64,000 bases of DNA from Hyphomicrobiaceae bacterium (lineage in GTDB: Bacteria > Pseudomonadota > Alphaproteobacteria > Rhizobiales > Hyphomicrobiaceae), in contig DATETZ010000179.1 in assembly GCA_035283385.1 (NCBI GenBank), forward strand, positions 270 to 64,269, written 5' to 3'. The notes under the pieces were generated by a model, which saw nothing but the letters and a program-made list of their open reading frames with translations, was not told the DNA's origin and ran no database searches. Position numbers and translations under genes: made by a program. How positions within the stretch are numbered: position 1 is the first letter of the stretch; each line of letters starts with the position of its first letter. Positions 20,344 through 30,509 of the stretch are shown here, piece after piece.

Positions 20344-20916
20344 ATGGTGAGGTCCCCGCGAGAGCCCTCGTCCTCGCCGCCAGCCAGCGATCTTGAGGGG
20401 ATTGGTTCAAATGCCATTGTCCCGGAGGCCCGCAAGCGGCACCGCTTCGTTCTGGCCGTTTTCCAAGATTCAGCCGGCCCAGGCAGGGCAATCTCCGATC
20501 TGCTTTGCGGCGAGTTTCGAGACAGTCAGCTTCTGGTGATCGCCAACGAGCTCCAGGATCGGCGGCCGCCACTGCCAGCTCCGCCAGGTGCTGAGGCGGT
20601 CCGCAATTGTCGTATCAACCTTAATGAACATGGCGACGGCGATCAGGCGCTGCGGTCCGCAGTCCCGGAGACCTCACCATTCTGGGTCCTTTGGGAGAAC
20701 GTGTGCGCCAAAGCCGACGGGCACGACATCTCCAGCAAAGGGCCATCGGTTCGCATTTTCGAGCGGTTGAGGAAGCACTTGTCCGACGGCGCCGTTGTCC
20801 TGATTGTGAGCGCCGGGAGCGCAGAGCAGCAGACGAGCGCCGCGCGTGCGCTCCTCGACAATCGATGCGAGCTGTTGCTCACCCACGAGGTGAGTGTCGA
20901 GGGCGCCGCCCTCTAG
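20344..20916 (+). CDS. Hypothetical protein
   Basis: AGGAG RBS; about 190-aa ORF filling the gap; C-terminal L..GAVVLIV...Q..AARALL pattern. Confidence 0.55.
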   Translation: MVRSPREPSSSPPASDLEGIGSNAIVPEARKRHRFVLAVFQDSAGPGRAISDLLCGEFRDSQLLVIANELQDRRPPLPAPPGAEAVRNCRINLNEHGDGDQALRSAVPETSPFWVLWENVCAKADGHDISSKGPSVRIFERLRKHLSDGAVVLIVSAGSAEQQTSAARALLDNRCELLLTHEVSVEGAAL

Positions 20917-20966
20917 CTGTGGAATCTCAAGACGTTGTTCCTGGTCAGGCCGAGGCGGCTCGCGGG

Positions 20967-21146
20967 TCAGAGCGGTTTGCGCCGGTCTGCGCGGAGATCT
21001 CCGTCGTCCTCGTCGTCCTGGATGGCGCGCCAGCCGGCCCCGTCGAGATCCTCGAACTGGCCGGATTTGAGCGCCCAAAGGAACGCCGCGAGCCCGAGAA
21101 GCCCGAGAGCGAGAGCGGAAGGTATGAGCCATGCCAGGGCCGTCAT
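20967..21146 (-). CDS. ccoS: cbb3-type oxidase assembly protein CcoS/FixS (59 aa, absent from the ORF track)
   Basis: Manual translation MTALAWLIPSALALGLLGLAAFLWALKSGQFEDLDGAGWRAIQDD...; overlaps the fixI stop codon. Confidence 0.92.
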   Translation of the reverse strand: MTALAWLIPSALALGLLGLAAFLWALKSGQFEDLDGAGWRAIQDDEDDGDLRADRRKPL

Positions 21147-23377
21147 CGGTTTGGCTCCGGGGCGCTGAGCGTGAGGCGGGCGCTTCTCAAGCGCAGCGCG
21201 TTCGCCGTCACCGCAATCGAGGACGCCGACATGGCGAGCGCGGCAATGAGCGGCGTCACGTGACCGGCCATTGCGAGCGGCACCGAGACGGCGTTATAGG
21301 CGAGGGCGATCGCGAAGTTCTGCAATGCCATCCGCCGGGCGGCACCGGCCACGGCGAGGATCTCGAGGACCGGCGCGAGAGCTTCGCCTTGGAAGACGGC
21401 GTCGGCCGCGTTCTGGCTGACGTCGGCGGCGGTGGAGGGAGAGAGCGAGGCATGACCCGCTGCCAGTGCCGGCGCATCGTTGAGGCCATCGCCGATCATC
21501 AACACGCGTCGTCCGTGGCTCTCGAGGTCTTGCAGGCGGGCAATCTTGGCCTCGGGACGCACTCCGGCCCGCCACCCGGCGATGCCGGCGGCCCGCGCCG
21601 CCGCTTCGACGGTCTCGGCGCGGTCGCCGGACAAGAGCTCGACGTCGTAGCCCGCAGCGCGCAGGGCGGCCACGGTTTCTCGGGCGTCCGATCTCAGGGC
21701 ATCCTCGAACCGGAAGCCGGCAGGCTTGTGGCCCGGTCTGCAATACCAGAGCGGCGCCTCCGCCGGGCACGCCGAGCCGGCGACGCCGGTCCAGAGTCCC
21801 GACCCGAGACGCTCCTCGCCGTCCGCCGTTTTGGCGAGCAGCCCCGAGCCCGGGGTCTCCATGACGGAGGCTTGCGGCGCAACGGAAAGGCGGCGATCGC
21901 GGGCGGCGTTCACGATCGCTCTCGAATAGGGATGACGGCTCGCCAGGGCCAGCGAAGCCGCCCGCGAAAGGGTCTCCTCGCCGATGGCGCCGGCATTGAT
22001 CAAGCACGGCTCGCCGCGCGTCAGCGTGCCCGTCTTGTCGAACACGACCGTATCGGTCTCGGCCAAGCGCTCGAGCCCGTCGGCCGCCTTGACGATGATG
22101 CCCTTGGCGAACAGCCGGCTGGTCGCGGCCACCTGCACGGCAGGCACGGCAAGCGCCAGCGCGCAGGGGCACGTGATGATGAGGACCGCGATGGCGTACG
22201 TGAGCGCCTGCTCCCACCCGGCACCCGAGACCATCCAGCCGATGAAGGTCGCCGCGCCCAGAACGTGGACGGCGGGCGCGTAGATGCGTGCGGCGCGGTC
22301 GGCAAGGCGAATGTAGCGCCCGCGGCCCTGCTCGGCGGCCTGCATCAGGCGCGCGATCTCCGCAACGAGCGTGCTCTCGTCGGCCGCGGTCGCCTCGACC
22401 ACGATGGGACGCGTGAGATTGAGGGTCCCGGCGTGAACGGTATCGCCCGCTTTGGCGTGCCGCGGCAGCGTTTCACCCGTGATCAGGCTTTCCTCGATCT
22501 CCGTCTCGCCATCGAGAAGCCTTCCATCGACGGGGATGCGTTCGCCGGTGGCGACCTGGATGCGCATGCCGGGAGCGAGCGCACGGGCCGCCACGCGCCG
22601 CGCCGTACCGTCGGGCTCGATGACGATGGCGGAGAGTGCCTTGAGGCCCATCAGGTTCTCTGCTGCGCCGCGGGCGCGCACGCGAACCTGCTCGTCGAGG
22701 AAGCGGCCGATCAGGAGAAAAAAGGTCAGCGTGATGGCGGCGTCGAAGTAGACCTGCTCGCTGCCGCGCATCGTCTGGAACAGGCTCATGGCGGTGGCGA
22801 GCGTGATCCCGAGCGAGATCGGCACGTCCATGTTGAGGCGGCGGCTCTTCAAAGCCGATGCGGCCGAGCGGAAGAAGGGCTGAGCGGCGTAGGCGATGGC
22901 CGGCATGGCAATGAGCGCCGAAACCCAATGGAACAGATCCGCGGCGGACCGATCCATGTCGCTTGCGACCCCGGCCCAAACCGAGACGGAGAGCAGCATG
23001 ACGTTGGCTGCCGCAAAGCCCGCTATGCCGAGGCGGCGCAAGAGATCGTCGGCGCGCCTGGTCTCGCTCTCGTCGGGGCGGTCGAACGCCTCGGCGGCGC
23101 GAAAGCCGGCTCGGTCGAGCACGCCGATCAGCTCCTGCGGACCGGTCTTTTCCGGGTCGTAGCAAATGGCGACCCGCTTGGCCGAGAGGTTGACGCGGGC
23201 GTTTGCCACTCCGCCTGCCCTTGTAAGGGCGCGCTCGATCGCGGCCATGCAGGCCCCGCAGCGCATGTTCTCGACAATTAGAGTCAAGGCCTGCGCCGCC
23301 GGCTTGGGCGGGGGATCTGTCACGCTGCGCTCGCGCCCGCTAGCGAGTCCGCGGTGAGCTCTCAGGGCTTCAGCCAT
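21143..23377 (-). CDS. ccoI: Copper-translocating P1B-type ATPase CcoI/FixI (start may be GTG 23323)
   Basis: CGAC HMA domain, TGE, CPC, DKTGT, GDGLND motifs. Confidence 0.93.
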   Translation of the reverse strand: MAEALRAHRGLASGRERSVTDPPPKPAAQALTLIVENMRCGACMAAIERALTRAGGVANARVNLSAKRVAICYDPEKTGPQELIGVLDRAGFRAAEAFDRPDESETRRADDLLRRLGIAGFAAANVMLLSVSVWAGVASDMDRSAADLFHWVSALIAMPAIAYAAQPFFRSAASALKSRRLNMDVPISLGITLATAMSLFQTMRGSEQVYFDAAITLTFFLLIGRFLDEQVRVRARGAAENLMGLKALSAIVIEPDGTARRVAARALAPGMRIQVATGERIPVDGRLLDGETEIEESLITGETLPRHAKAGDTVHAGTLNLTRPIVVEATAADESTLVAEIARLMQAAEQGRGRYIRLADRAARIYAPAVHVLGAATFIGWMVSGAGWEQALTYAIAVLIITCPCALALAVPAVQVAATSRLFAKGIIVKAADGLERLAETDTVVFDKTGTLTRGEPCLINAGAIGEETLSRAASLALASRHPYSRAIVNAARDRRLSVAPQASVMETPGSGLLAKTADGEERLGSGLWTGVAGSACPAEAPLWYCRPGHKPAGFRFEDALRSDARETVAALRAAGYDVELLSGDRAETVEAAARAAGIAGWRAGVRPEAKIARLQDLESHGRRVLMIGDGLNDAPALAAGHASLSPSTAADVSQNAADAVFQGEALAPVLEILAVAGAARRMALQNFAIALAYNAVSVPLAMAGHVTPLIAALAMSASSIAVTANALRLRSARLTLSAPEPNR

Positions 23378-23868
23378 AGCCTCTTCCTCGCCCGATAAAC
23401 GGCGCTGTCACCGCGTCCGACGGCCCGGATCTCGACGATCCAGCTTCCCGCACCGAGATCGGGTGTCTCGGCTTCGTAGGCGCCCGGCCTGATTTCCTCG
23501 AGTGCCAGGACGGCGTCGTGGCGATTGGTGACAGGACGGCCGATCGAGGCGCTGATCCTCAAGCCGGCGAGCGGCGCGCCTTCGCGGTCGAACACTGACA
23601 CACTGAGCCGCGCGCGATCGGCGGAAACCGCAACGTCGTGGCGCCAGCCCAGCTCGGATTGGCGCTCGTCAGCTGCTATTCGCTCATTGTAGGATAGGCC
23701 ATCGCGATAGGCGTTGGGATTGTCCACGCCGCCGAACGTGGAAATCGCCGTGTACGTCAGGAGCCCGTTGACGGCCATGACCAGGGAGAAAAAGCCGATC
23801 AGCGCCAAGAGGACGTGGCGTCCCTCGACGATGCGGCGAACGGGATCGGCCGCTGGTCTCGGCATCAT
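23362..23868 (-). CDS. ccoH: FixH/CcoH family protein
   Basis: GRHVL..FF..V.AVN, Y..GL.YN...LGW; position between fixG and fixI. Confidence 0.9.
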   Translation of the reverse strand: MMPRPAADPVRRIVEGRHVLLALIGFFSLVMAVNGLLTYTAISTFGGVDNPNAYRDGLSYNERIAADERQSELGWRHDVAVSADRARLSVSVFDREGAPLAGLRISASIGRPVTNRHDAVLALEEIRPGAYEAETPDLGAGSWIVEIRAVGRGDSAVYRARKRLWLKP

Positions 23869-25379
23869 TTCGCGGCGCTCCTGAAGGCCGTCTCGCGGAA
23901 GATCGCGCTCCCATTCGTGGTATCGGTCACCACGAAGACGAACGGTTTGGCCTCGCTATCGAGCCCGGCCCTGGCCGATTGCGGGACCGTCACGTAGACC
24001 TTCAAGGCGCGCAGCGTGTCGGTCTGGACCTCAATTGCCGGATCGTCGTGGTCGAAGCCGACGATCGTGAGCTTTGCGGAAGGCAGGCCTTCGATGCGCA
24101 TGCGGAACTCGCGCGCCTGGTGCCACTTGTTCAGGATCTTGACCGTAAACCCGTTGCGAACGCCGCCGTCGGAAAGCGTGACAAAGAGAGGATTGCGGTC
24201 CTGGATGACGCTGAGCTCGACCTGGGCGCGGCTCGTCCAAGCCCAGAGCATGACTGCGAGAACGAGTGCGATCAGCCCCGAATAGGCGATCGTGCGCGGG
24301 CGCAAGATGCGCAGCGGCTCGCGCTCGTGATGAGACGCGGCATCGAGATTGCGGAAGCTATCGTAGCCGATGAGGCCCCGCGGCTTGTCGATCTTGGTCA
24401 TGATCTCGTCGCAGGCGTCGATGCAGAGCGCGCACTGGATGCATTCGAGCTGAATCCCGTCGCGAATGTCGATGCCCATGGGGCAGACCGCCACGCACGC
24501 CCGGCAATCGATGCAGTCGCCGCGCCCCTCCCACGATTGCCCCTTCTTGTGGGCCCCGCGCGGCTCGCCCCGATAAGGCCGGTACGAGATCAGGAGCGAG
24601 TCGCGGTCGAACATCGCGCTCTGGATGCGCGGCCAGGGGCACATATAGATGCAGACCTGCTCGCGCGCGATGCCGCCGAGCAGGTACGTCGTGAACGTGA
24701 ACAGGCCGAAGAAGACGTAAGCGACGGCGGGAGCCTCGCCGGTCACCAGCTCCCGGGCGAGAGTAGGGGCATCGCGGAAATAGAATACGAAGGCGCCGCC
24801 GGTGAGCGCGCCGATGAGCATCCATGTGAGATGCGTGGCGCCCTTCTTCCACACCTTCTCGAAGGTCCACGGCTCTCTGTCGAGCCGGATGCGTGCGTTG
24901 CGGTCGCCCTGCCAGAAGCGCTCGACCACGACCATGAGGTCGGTCCAAACGGTCTGCGGACACGTGTATCCGCACCACATGCGCCCCGCCACCGAAGTGA
25001 CGAGGAACAGTCCGAAGGCCGAGACGATCAGGATGCCGGTTATGTAGTAGAGTTCCTGGGCCCAGATCTCGAACGGGCCGAAGAAGAGGCGCTGATTGGC
25101 GAAATCCAAGAGAAAGGCTTGATCGGGGAGGCGGGGGCCGCGGTCCCACCGGATCCAGGGCAGCATGTAATAGATGCCGAGCGTCACGGCCATGACCAGC
25201 CACTTGACGTTGCGGAACGTGCCGTGGGCGAGCTTCGGATAGATCTTCTGCCGTTGCGCATAAGCGCTGCGCGCCGCCTTCGAGGCTACGGCCTCGACAT
25301 CGATGCGCTCGACGCCGGGCGCCGCCTCGCGGGCCGCGGCATTGGCCTCAATGCGCAGAGCGGGTTCCATCTTGGTCAT
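23865..25379 (-). CDS. ccoG: cbb3 oxidase accessory ferredoxin-like membrane protein CcoG/FixG
   Basis: WCGYTCPQTVW, CIYMCPW, CIDCRACVAVCP, CIQCALCIDAC. Confidence 0.95.
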   Translation of the reverse strand: MTKMEPALRIEANAAAREAAPGVERIDVEAVASKAARSAYAQRQKIYPKLAHGTFRNVKWLVMAVTLGIYYMLPWIRWDRGPRLPDQAFLLDFANQRLFFGPFEIWAQELYYITGILIVSAFGLFLVTSVAGRMWCGYTCPQTVWTDLMVVVERFWQGDRNARIRLDREPWTFEKVWKKGATHLTWMLIGALTGGAFVFYFRDAPTLARELVTGEAPAVAYVFFGLFTFTTYLLGGIAREQVCIYMCPWPRIQSAMFDRDSLLISYRPYRGEPRGAHKKGQSWEGRGDCIDCRACVAVCPMGIDIRDGIQLECIQCALCIDACDEIMTKIDKPRGLIGYDSFRNLDAASHHEREPLRILRPRTIAYSGLIALVLAVMLWAWTSRAQVELSVIQDRNPLFVTLSDGGVRNGFTVKILNKWHQAREFRMRIEGLPSAKLTIVGFDHDDPAIEVQTDTLRALKVYVTVPQSARAGLDSEAKPFVFVVTDTTNGSAIFRETAFRSAAK

Positions 25380-25438
25380 GATCGGTCCAACAGCCGGACG
25401 ATGCAACAGGGCGACAGTCGATGATGGGCCCGTCCTCG

Positions 25439-26308
25439 CTACTTGCCGCCGCCGAGCGCGTGCACATAGAGCGCCAGCATCTTCACCGTCACGGGATCGA
25501 GCTTGCCCGCCCAGTCCGGCATCACGCCGCCGCGCCCGGTGCGGATCGATTCCTCGATATCCCCGGCCCTGCCGCCATAGAGCCAGATGCCGTCGGTGAG
25601 GTTGGGGGCGCCGAGATCGAGGGTTCCTTTGCCCTCGGGGCCGTGGCACGGGGCGCACTGCTCGGCGAAGGTCTGCGCCCCGCGATCGGCGGCCGCCTTG
25701 TCGCCGGCCTCACCGGACAGCGAAAGAACGTATTCGGCCGCGTCCGAGATCTGGGCGTCGGTGAGGATGCCGTCGAGGCCGAACCTCGGCATGGCGCTGT
25801 CGTGGGCCTCCTTGTGCCCGGAGCGGATGCCGAACGCGATCGACCTCTCGATCGCCTCGATCGAGCCGCCCCAGAGCCAGTCGTCATCATTGAGGTTCGG
25901 GTAGCCCTTGAAGCCTTGCGCGCCCTTGCCGTGGCACGGCGCGCAATTCTGGCCGAACTGGGCTGCGCCGCCCGCCAGGACGAACTGCATCAACTCGGGA
26001 TTGTTATCGATCTCGGCGGGGGCCGTTTCCGCGATGGCCTTGAGGTAGGTCGCCTGGCTCGCCTTGGCTTCAGCGACGCTTCTCGCCACCTCGGCGCGCT
26101 GGCTGTAGCCGAACAGGCCGTGTGTATAGCCGGTGAGCGTCGGCCAGGCCGGATAGACGATCCAATATCCGATCGCCCACACGATGGTGGCGTAGAGCAC
26201 GTAGACCCACCACCTGGGGAGCGGTTTGTTGAGTTCTTTCAAATCGCCGTCCCAGACGTGGCCGGTGGTTTCGACGCCGGTAACGTGGTCGATTTCCTTG
26301 TTGGCCAT
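25439..26308 (-). CDS. ccoP: cbb3 oxidase subunit III (diheme cytochrome c)
   Basis: TTGHVWDG..ELNKPLPRWW; two CAPCH heme motifs. Confidence 0.95.
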   Translation of the reverse strand: MANKEIDHVTGVETTGHVWDGDLKELNKPLPRWWVYVLYATIVWAIGYWIVYPAWPTLTGYTHGLFGYSQRAEVARSVAEAKASQATYLKAIAETAPAEIDNNPELMQFVLAGGAAQFGQNCAPCHGKGAQGFKGYPNLNDDDWLWGGSIEAIERSIAFGIRSGHKEAHDSAMPRFGLDGILTDAQISDAAEYVLSLSGEAGDKAAADRGAQTFAEQCAPCHGPEGKGTLDLGAPNLTDGIWLYGGRAGDIEESIRTGRGGVMPDWAGKLDPVTVKMLALYVHALGGGK

Positions 26309-26478
26309 CAGTCCTTCTCCGTCCGGCAATCGTCGTCCTCGAGCGCGAGACGTGCGGCGGCCCGGAAACGGCTGCTGTTTCCGGGCCAGAACGCGTAGGC
26401 GAGCACGCCCGCCATGACGGCGCCGAACAGCACGAGCGCGATCATCTGAGAGGCATATGCTGCGTTTTCGTAGGTCAT
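26308..26478 (-). CDS. ccoQ: cbb3 oxidase subunit CcoQ
   Basis: 56-aa single-TM ORF MTYE...YAFWPGNSSRF..AA between ccoO and ccoP. Confidence 0.9.
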   Translation of the reverse strand: MTYENAAYASQMIALVLFGAVMAGVLAYAFWPGNSSRFRAAARLALEDDDCRTEKD

Positions 26479-26489
26479 GATCGAGCCTT

Positions 26490-27218
26490 TCAGCGCAGGT
26501 TGGGGCCGGCCGCGTCGAAGCTCGTGAAGTCGACGAGCGTGCCGAGCATCTGCAAATAGGCGATCATGGCGTCGAGCTCCGAGGCCGGTGCGCCGAGCGC
26601 GCCGTCGAACTTGCGCACCTGCGCCTTGGGGTAGCGCTGGACGACGTCGCGTGCCGCCTTGGAGTCGGGGTTCACTTGCGCCTCGAGGTCGGCCTTGGCG
26701 CTCGCGATCATCTCGTCCGTATAGGGGACGCCGGCCGCCTTGAGCGCCGTCATGCGCTCGCCGATGTCGCCGTAGTCGAGCGCACGCTCGGCGAGATAGG
26801 GGTAGCCCGGCATCACGGAGGCCGGCACCACCGCGCGCGGGTCGCGCATATGATCGGCGTGCCAGGCGTCGGAGTATTTGCCGCCGACGCGCGCCAGATC
26901 CGGTCCCGTTCTTTTCGATCCCCACTGGAAGGGATGGTCGTACATGCTTTCGGCGGCGAGGCTGTAGTTGCCGTAGCGCTCGACCTCGTCGCGCAGTGAG
27001 CGGATCATCTGGCTGTGGCAATTGTAGCAGCCCTCGCGGATGTAGAGGTCGCGTCCCGCGAGCTCGAGCGGCGAGTAGGGCCGCATGCCGCGGACCTTCT
27101 CGATCGTGGAGTCGAGCAGAAACAGCGGCGCGATCTCGACGATGCCGCCGATGGCGACCACCACCAGAATGCCGATGAGAAGGACGAGCGAGTGCCGCTC
27201 GAAAATGGCGTGGTTCAC
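26490..27218 (-). CDS. ccoO: cbb3 oxidase subunit II
   Basis: [29 protein letters not shown]. Confidence 0.95.
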   Translation of the reverse strand: MNHAIFERHSLVLLIGILVVVAIGGIVEIAPLFLLDSTIEKVRGMRPYSPLELAGRDLYIREGCYNCHSQMIRSLRDEVERYGNYSLAAESMYDHPFQWGSKRTGPDLARVGGKYSDAWHADHMRDPRAVVPASVMPGYPYLAERALDYGDIGERMTALKAAGVPYTDEMIASAKADLEAQVNPDSKAARDVVQRYPKAQVRKFDGALGAPASELDAMIAYLQMLGTLVDFTSFDAAGPNLR

Positions 27219-27234
27219 GGGCTTGCTTCTCCCC

Positions 27235-28899
27235 TCATTCAGCGGGCGCTGCGAGCGCTCCCGCGCGCAGCTCCGGGGCGGCCGCGGTACGCGGCTGGTC
27301 CTCGACATCGACGGGCCGGTCGCCGCGCACGGTCTTCCACACGTTGAATGCCATCAGCAGCGAGCCGAGCACGAACAGCAGGCCGCCCGTGGCTCGGATG
27401 ACGTACGGCCAGTGCATCGCCTCGACCGTCTCGACGAACGAGTACTTGAGGAAGCCGAGATCGTCATAGGCGCGCCACATCAAGCCCTGCGTGATGCCGG
27501 ACACCCACATCGACGAGACGTAGAGCACGATGCCGATCATCGCGATCCAGAAGTGCCACTCGACGAGGCGCATCGAGTAGAGCCCCTGGCGCTTCCACAG
27601 CCACGGCACCAGGCAATAGATGGCGCCGAAGGAGACCATTCCGACCCAGCCGAGCGCGCCCGAATGCACGTGGCCGATGGTCCAGTCCGTATAGTGCGAG
27701 AGGGAGTTGACCGCCTTGATGGACATCAGCGGTCCCTCGAACGTCGACATGCCGTAAAAGGCGACGGAGACGACCAGCAGGCGCACCACGGGATCGGTTC
27801 GCAGCCGGTCCCAGGCGCCTGAGAGCGTCATCAGGCCGTTGATCATGCCGCCCCACGAGGGCATCCACAGCATGATCGAGAATGTCATGCCGAGAGTCTG
27901 CGCCCAGTCGGGCAGCGCCGTGTAGTGGAGGTGATGAGGGCCGGCCCAGATGTAGAGAAAAATGAGGCTCCAGAAGTGAACGATGGACAGCCGGTAGGAG
28001 TAGATCGGCCGCTCGACCCGCTTGGGGATGAAGTAGTACATGATGCCGAGGAAGCCGGCGGTGAGGAAGAAGCCGACCGCGTTGTGCCCGTACCACCACT
28101 GCGTCATCGCGTCCTGAACGCCCGGAAAGAGCGAGTAGCTCTTTGAGCCCAGGAGCGAGACCGGTACGGCGAGGTTGTTGATGATGTGAAGCATCGCGAT
28201 CGTGACGATGAAGGCGAGATAGAACCAGTTCGCCACGTAGATGTGCGGCTCCTTGCGCTTCCACAGCGTGCCGAGGAAGACCAGCAGATAGGCGACCCAG
28301 ACGATCGTGAGCCAGAGGTCCACGTACCACTCGGGCTCGGCGTACTCCTTGGCTTGCGTCACGCCGAGCACGTAGCCCGAAGCGGCGAGCACGATGAAGA
28401 GCTGGTAGCCCCACACGACGAGCCACGGCGCCCAGTAGCCCGCGAGGCGGGCCCGCGAGGTGCGCTGGACGACGTAGAGCGAGGTCGCGAGCAGCGCGTT
28501 GCCGCCGAAGGCAAAGATGACGGCGGAGGTGTGCAGCGGGCGCAGCCGGCCGAAGCTGGTCCAGGGCAGATCGAGGTTGAGCGCGGGGAACGCGAGCTGC
28601 CAGGCGATGAGATCGCCGGCGAGGAAGCCGACTATGCCCCAGAACACGGTGGCGATCGTCGCCACCTTCACCGGGCCGTCCATGTAAGCGTTCTGCTCAT
28701 CGGGGCCGCCCGGGCGCGGATGCGTCACGACGTAGACGCCGGCCGCGGCCGCAGCTATTGCGAACAGCAGGCCGTGGAGCGCCATGACCCCGTCCTTGGC
28801 GGCGAGAGCGATGATAAGCCCCAGAATGGCGCCCGCGACGGCGGCCAGAACCGCCATCGCGCCCGAGAACGCGATGAGCTCCTCACGCGGTGCCGACAT
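27235..28899 (-). CDS. ccoN: cbb3 oxidase subunit I
   Basis: [34 protein letters not shown]. Confidence 0.97.
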   Translation of the reverse strand: MSAPREELIAFSGAMAVLAAVAGAILGLIIALAAKDGVMALHGLLFAIAAAAAGVYVVTHPRPGGPDEQNAYMDGPVKVATIATVFWGIVGFLAGDLIAWQLAFPALNLDLPWTSFGRLRPLHTSAVIFAFGGNALLATSLYVVQRTSRARLAGYWAPWLVVWGYQLFIVLAASGYVLGVTQAKEYAEPEWYVDLWLTIVWVAYLLVFLGTLWKRKEPHIYVANWFYLAFIVTIAMLHIINNLAVPVSLLGSKSYSLFPGVQDAMTQWWYGHNAVGFFLTAGFLGIMYYFIPKRVERPIYSYRLSIVHFWSLIFLYIWAGPHHLHYTALPDWAQTLGMTFSIMLWMPSWGGMINGLMTLSGAWDRLRTDPVVRLLVVSVAFYGMSTFEGPLMSIKAVNSLSHYTDWTIGHVHSGALGWVGMVSFGAIYCLVPWLWKRQGLYSMRLVEWHFWIAMIGIVLYVSSMWVSGITQGLMWRAYDDLGFLKYSFVETVEAMHWPYVIRATGGLLFVLGSLLMAFNVWKTVRGDRPVDVEDQPRTAAAPELRAGALAAPAE

Positions 28900-28976
28900 G
28901 ACCCCTCCTGAACCGAGTGCCGCAAGGCGCTATCGCCGGTTCGGCGAGAGGTACTAAGGCGCGGCCGTCGTGCGCG

Positions 28977-28990
28977 TTGATCGAGATCAA
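28977..28990. promoter_or_regulatory. FNR/FixK box between divergent ccoN and hemN
   Basis: TTGAT-CGAG-ATCAA, perfect consensus. Confidence 0.9.
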
Positions 28991-29042
28991 AGTGCGACCA
29001 AAGTACGAGCGGTACGGGGAAGGCGAGCGAGAGGTGGACGCG

Positions 29043-30380
29043 ATGATGCGCGATCTAGCGAAACGGTACGCCGCGCCCGTGCCGCGCTACACGAGCTATC
29101 CCACCACACCCCATTTCAGCACCGGCATCGGCCATCTCCACACGATTGCTTGGCTCTCGGGACTCCCCGAGCGCGCCAATCTTTCCCTCTATGTCCATAT
29201 CCCCTTCTGCGCGTCGCTGTGCTGGTACTGCGGTTGCAACACGAACGTTGCAAACCGCTACGCAACCGTGAGCCGGTACCTTGACGCGCTCATGTCCGAA
29301 ATCGCCAACGTCGGCGGCATCGTGCCCCCGGAGCACCAGGTCAGCCATGTGCATTGGGGAGGCGGCTCGCCGAGTCACCTCGCCCCGGCGGACATCGCGC
29401 GGCTGGCGGAAGGGATCAGGACGAGCTTCCGCGTCCGTGACGACGCGCAATTCGCGGTCGAGATCGATCCTCGAGAGCTCGATCCCGAACGGGCTCGCGC
29501 CTTCAACGAGGCGGGTGTCAATCGTGCGTCGATCGGGGTCCAGGACTTCGATCCTGCGGTGCAGGCGGCCATCAACCGGCGCCAGTCCCACGAGACGACG
29601 CGCCACGCGGTGGCGATGCTCCGCGATCAAGGAATCTCGTCGATCAACATCGACCTCGTCTACGGGCTGCCGTACCAGACGCGCGCGAGCGTTGCGCGGA
29701 CGCTGGATCAGGTCGTGGCGCTCGAGCCGGACCGGATCGCCATCTTCGGCTATGCGCATCTCCCAGACCGCATCCGGCATCAGCGGCTGATCGACGAAAA
29801 AACCCTGGCCGGACCTGCCGACCGCCTCGGGCAGGCCAATCGTCTGGCGCGCAAGCTTTGTGAGCTCGGCTACGCAAGGGTCGGGCTCGACCACTTCGCC
29901 AGGCCCGAGGACGAGCTGGCGAAGGGGAGCGTGCGGCGCAATTTTCAGGGCTACACGACCGACACGGCGGACGCCCTGATCGGCTTCGGCGCCTCGGCGA
30001 TCAGCAGGTTTCCGGACGGCTATGCCCAGAACGCCCCGGGCGTCGCCGACTACGAGCAGCGGATTGCTGAGGTGGGCATCGCGACCAGCAAAGGAAAGGT
30101 GCTCACCGACGACGACAAGATGCGCGCCTTTGCCATCGAGCGCCTCATGTGCGATTTCGAATTCTCCCGTGCCTCGCTGTCCGAGCGCTTCGGAGGGGCT
30201 GCAGCCGGGCTCATTGCCGAGGCCGACAGCCTGCTCGAGGCGGATCGGGATGGGCTGATCGAGCGCACGAGCGACGGGTTCCGCGTTACCGCGCTTGGCC
30301 GGCATTTTGTGCGCAGCATCTGCGCCTGCTTCGATGCCTATCTCGGTCATGGCGCAGCGCGCCATTCGATCGGCGTTTGA
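29043..30380 (+). CDS. hemN: Oxygen-independent coproporphyrinogen III oxidase
   Basis: PRYTSYPT, radical-SAM CASLCWYC, GLDHFA, RNFQGYT. Confidence 0.95.
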   Translation: MMRDLAKRYAAPVPRYTSYPTTPHFSTGIGHLHTIAWLSGLPERANLSLYVHIPFCASLCWYCGCNTNVANRYATVSRYLDALMSEIANVGGIVPPEHQVSHVHWGGGSPSHLAPADIARLAEGIRTSFRVRDDAQFAVEIDPRELDPERARAFNEAGVNRASIGVQDFDPAVQAAINRRQSHETTRHAVAMLRDQGISSINIDLVYGLPYQTRASVARTLDQVVALEPDRIAIFGYAHLPDRIRHQRLIDEKTLAGPADRLGQANRLARKLCELGYARVGLDHFARPEDELAKGSVRRNFQGYTTDTADALIGFGASAISRFPDGYAQNAPGVADYEQRIAEVGIATSKGKVLTDDDKMRAFAIERLMCDFEFSRASLSERFGGAAAGLIAEADSLLEADRDGLIERTSDGFRVTALGRHFVRSICACFDAYLGHGAARHSIGV

Positions 30381-30439
30381 GGCTCCCCCGCGATTGGGCC
30401 GGTCCTCACGCCGAAAACACGCAGACGTGACCCCCTCGC

Positions 30440-30453
30440 TTGATCTCGATCAA
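30440..30453. promoter_or_regulatory. FNR/FixK box upstream of pqqC
   Basis: TTGAT-CTCG-ATCAA, perfect consensus, centred about 63 nt before the ATG. Confidence 0.85.
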
Positions 30454-30509
30454 CCGGGCCGCGGCCCGCATCTCCAGATTAGACTTGGCCGGGTTCAGGG
30501 AGGCAGCGC

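Noticed and set aside
21131-23281. Long opposite-strand or alternative-frame ORFs (this one and e.g. 39509-41302, 51834-53531, 11705-13165)
   Set aside because: High-GC shadow ORFs overlapping well-supported genes, Arg/Gly/Ala-rich with no motifs
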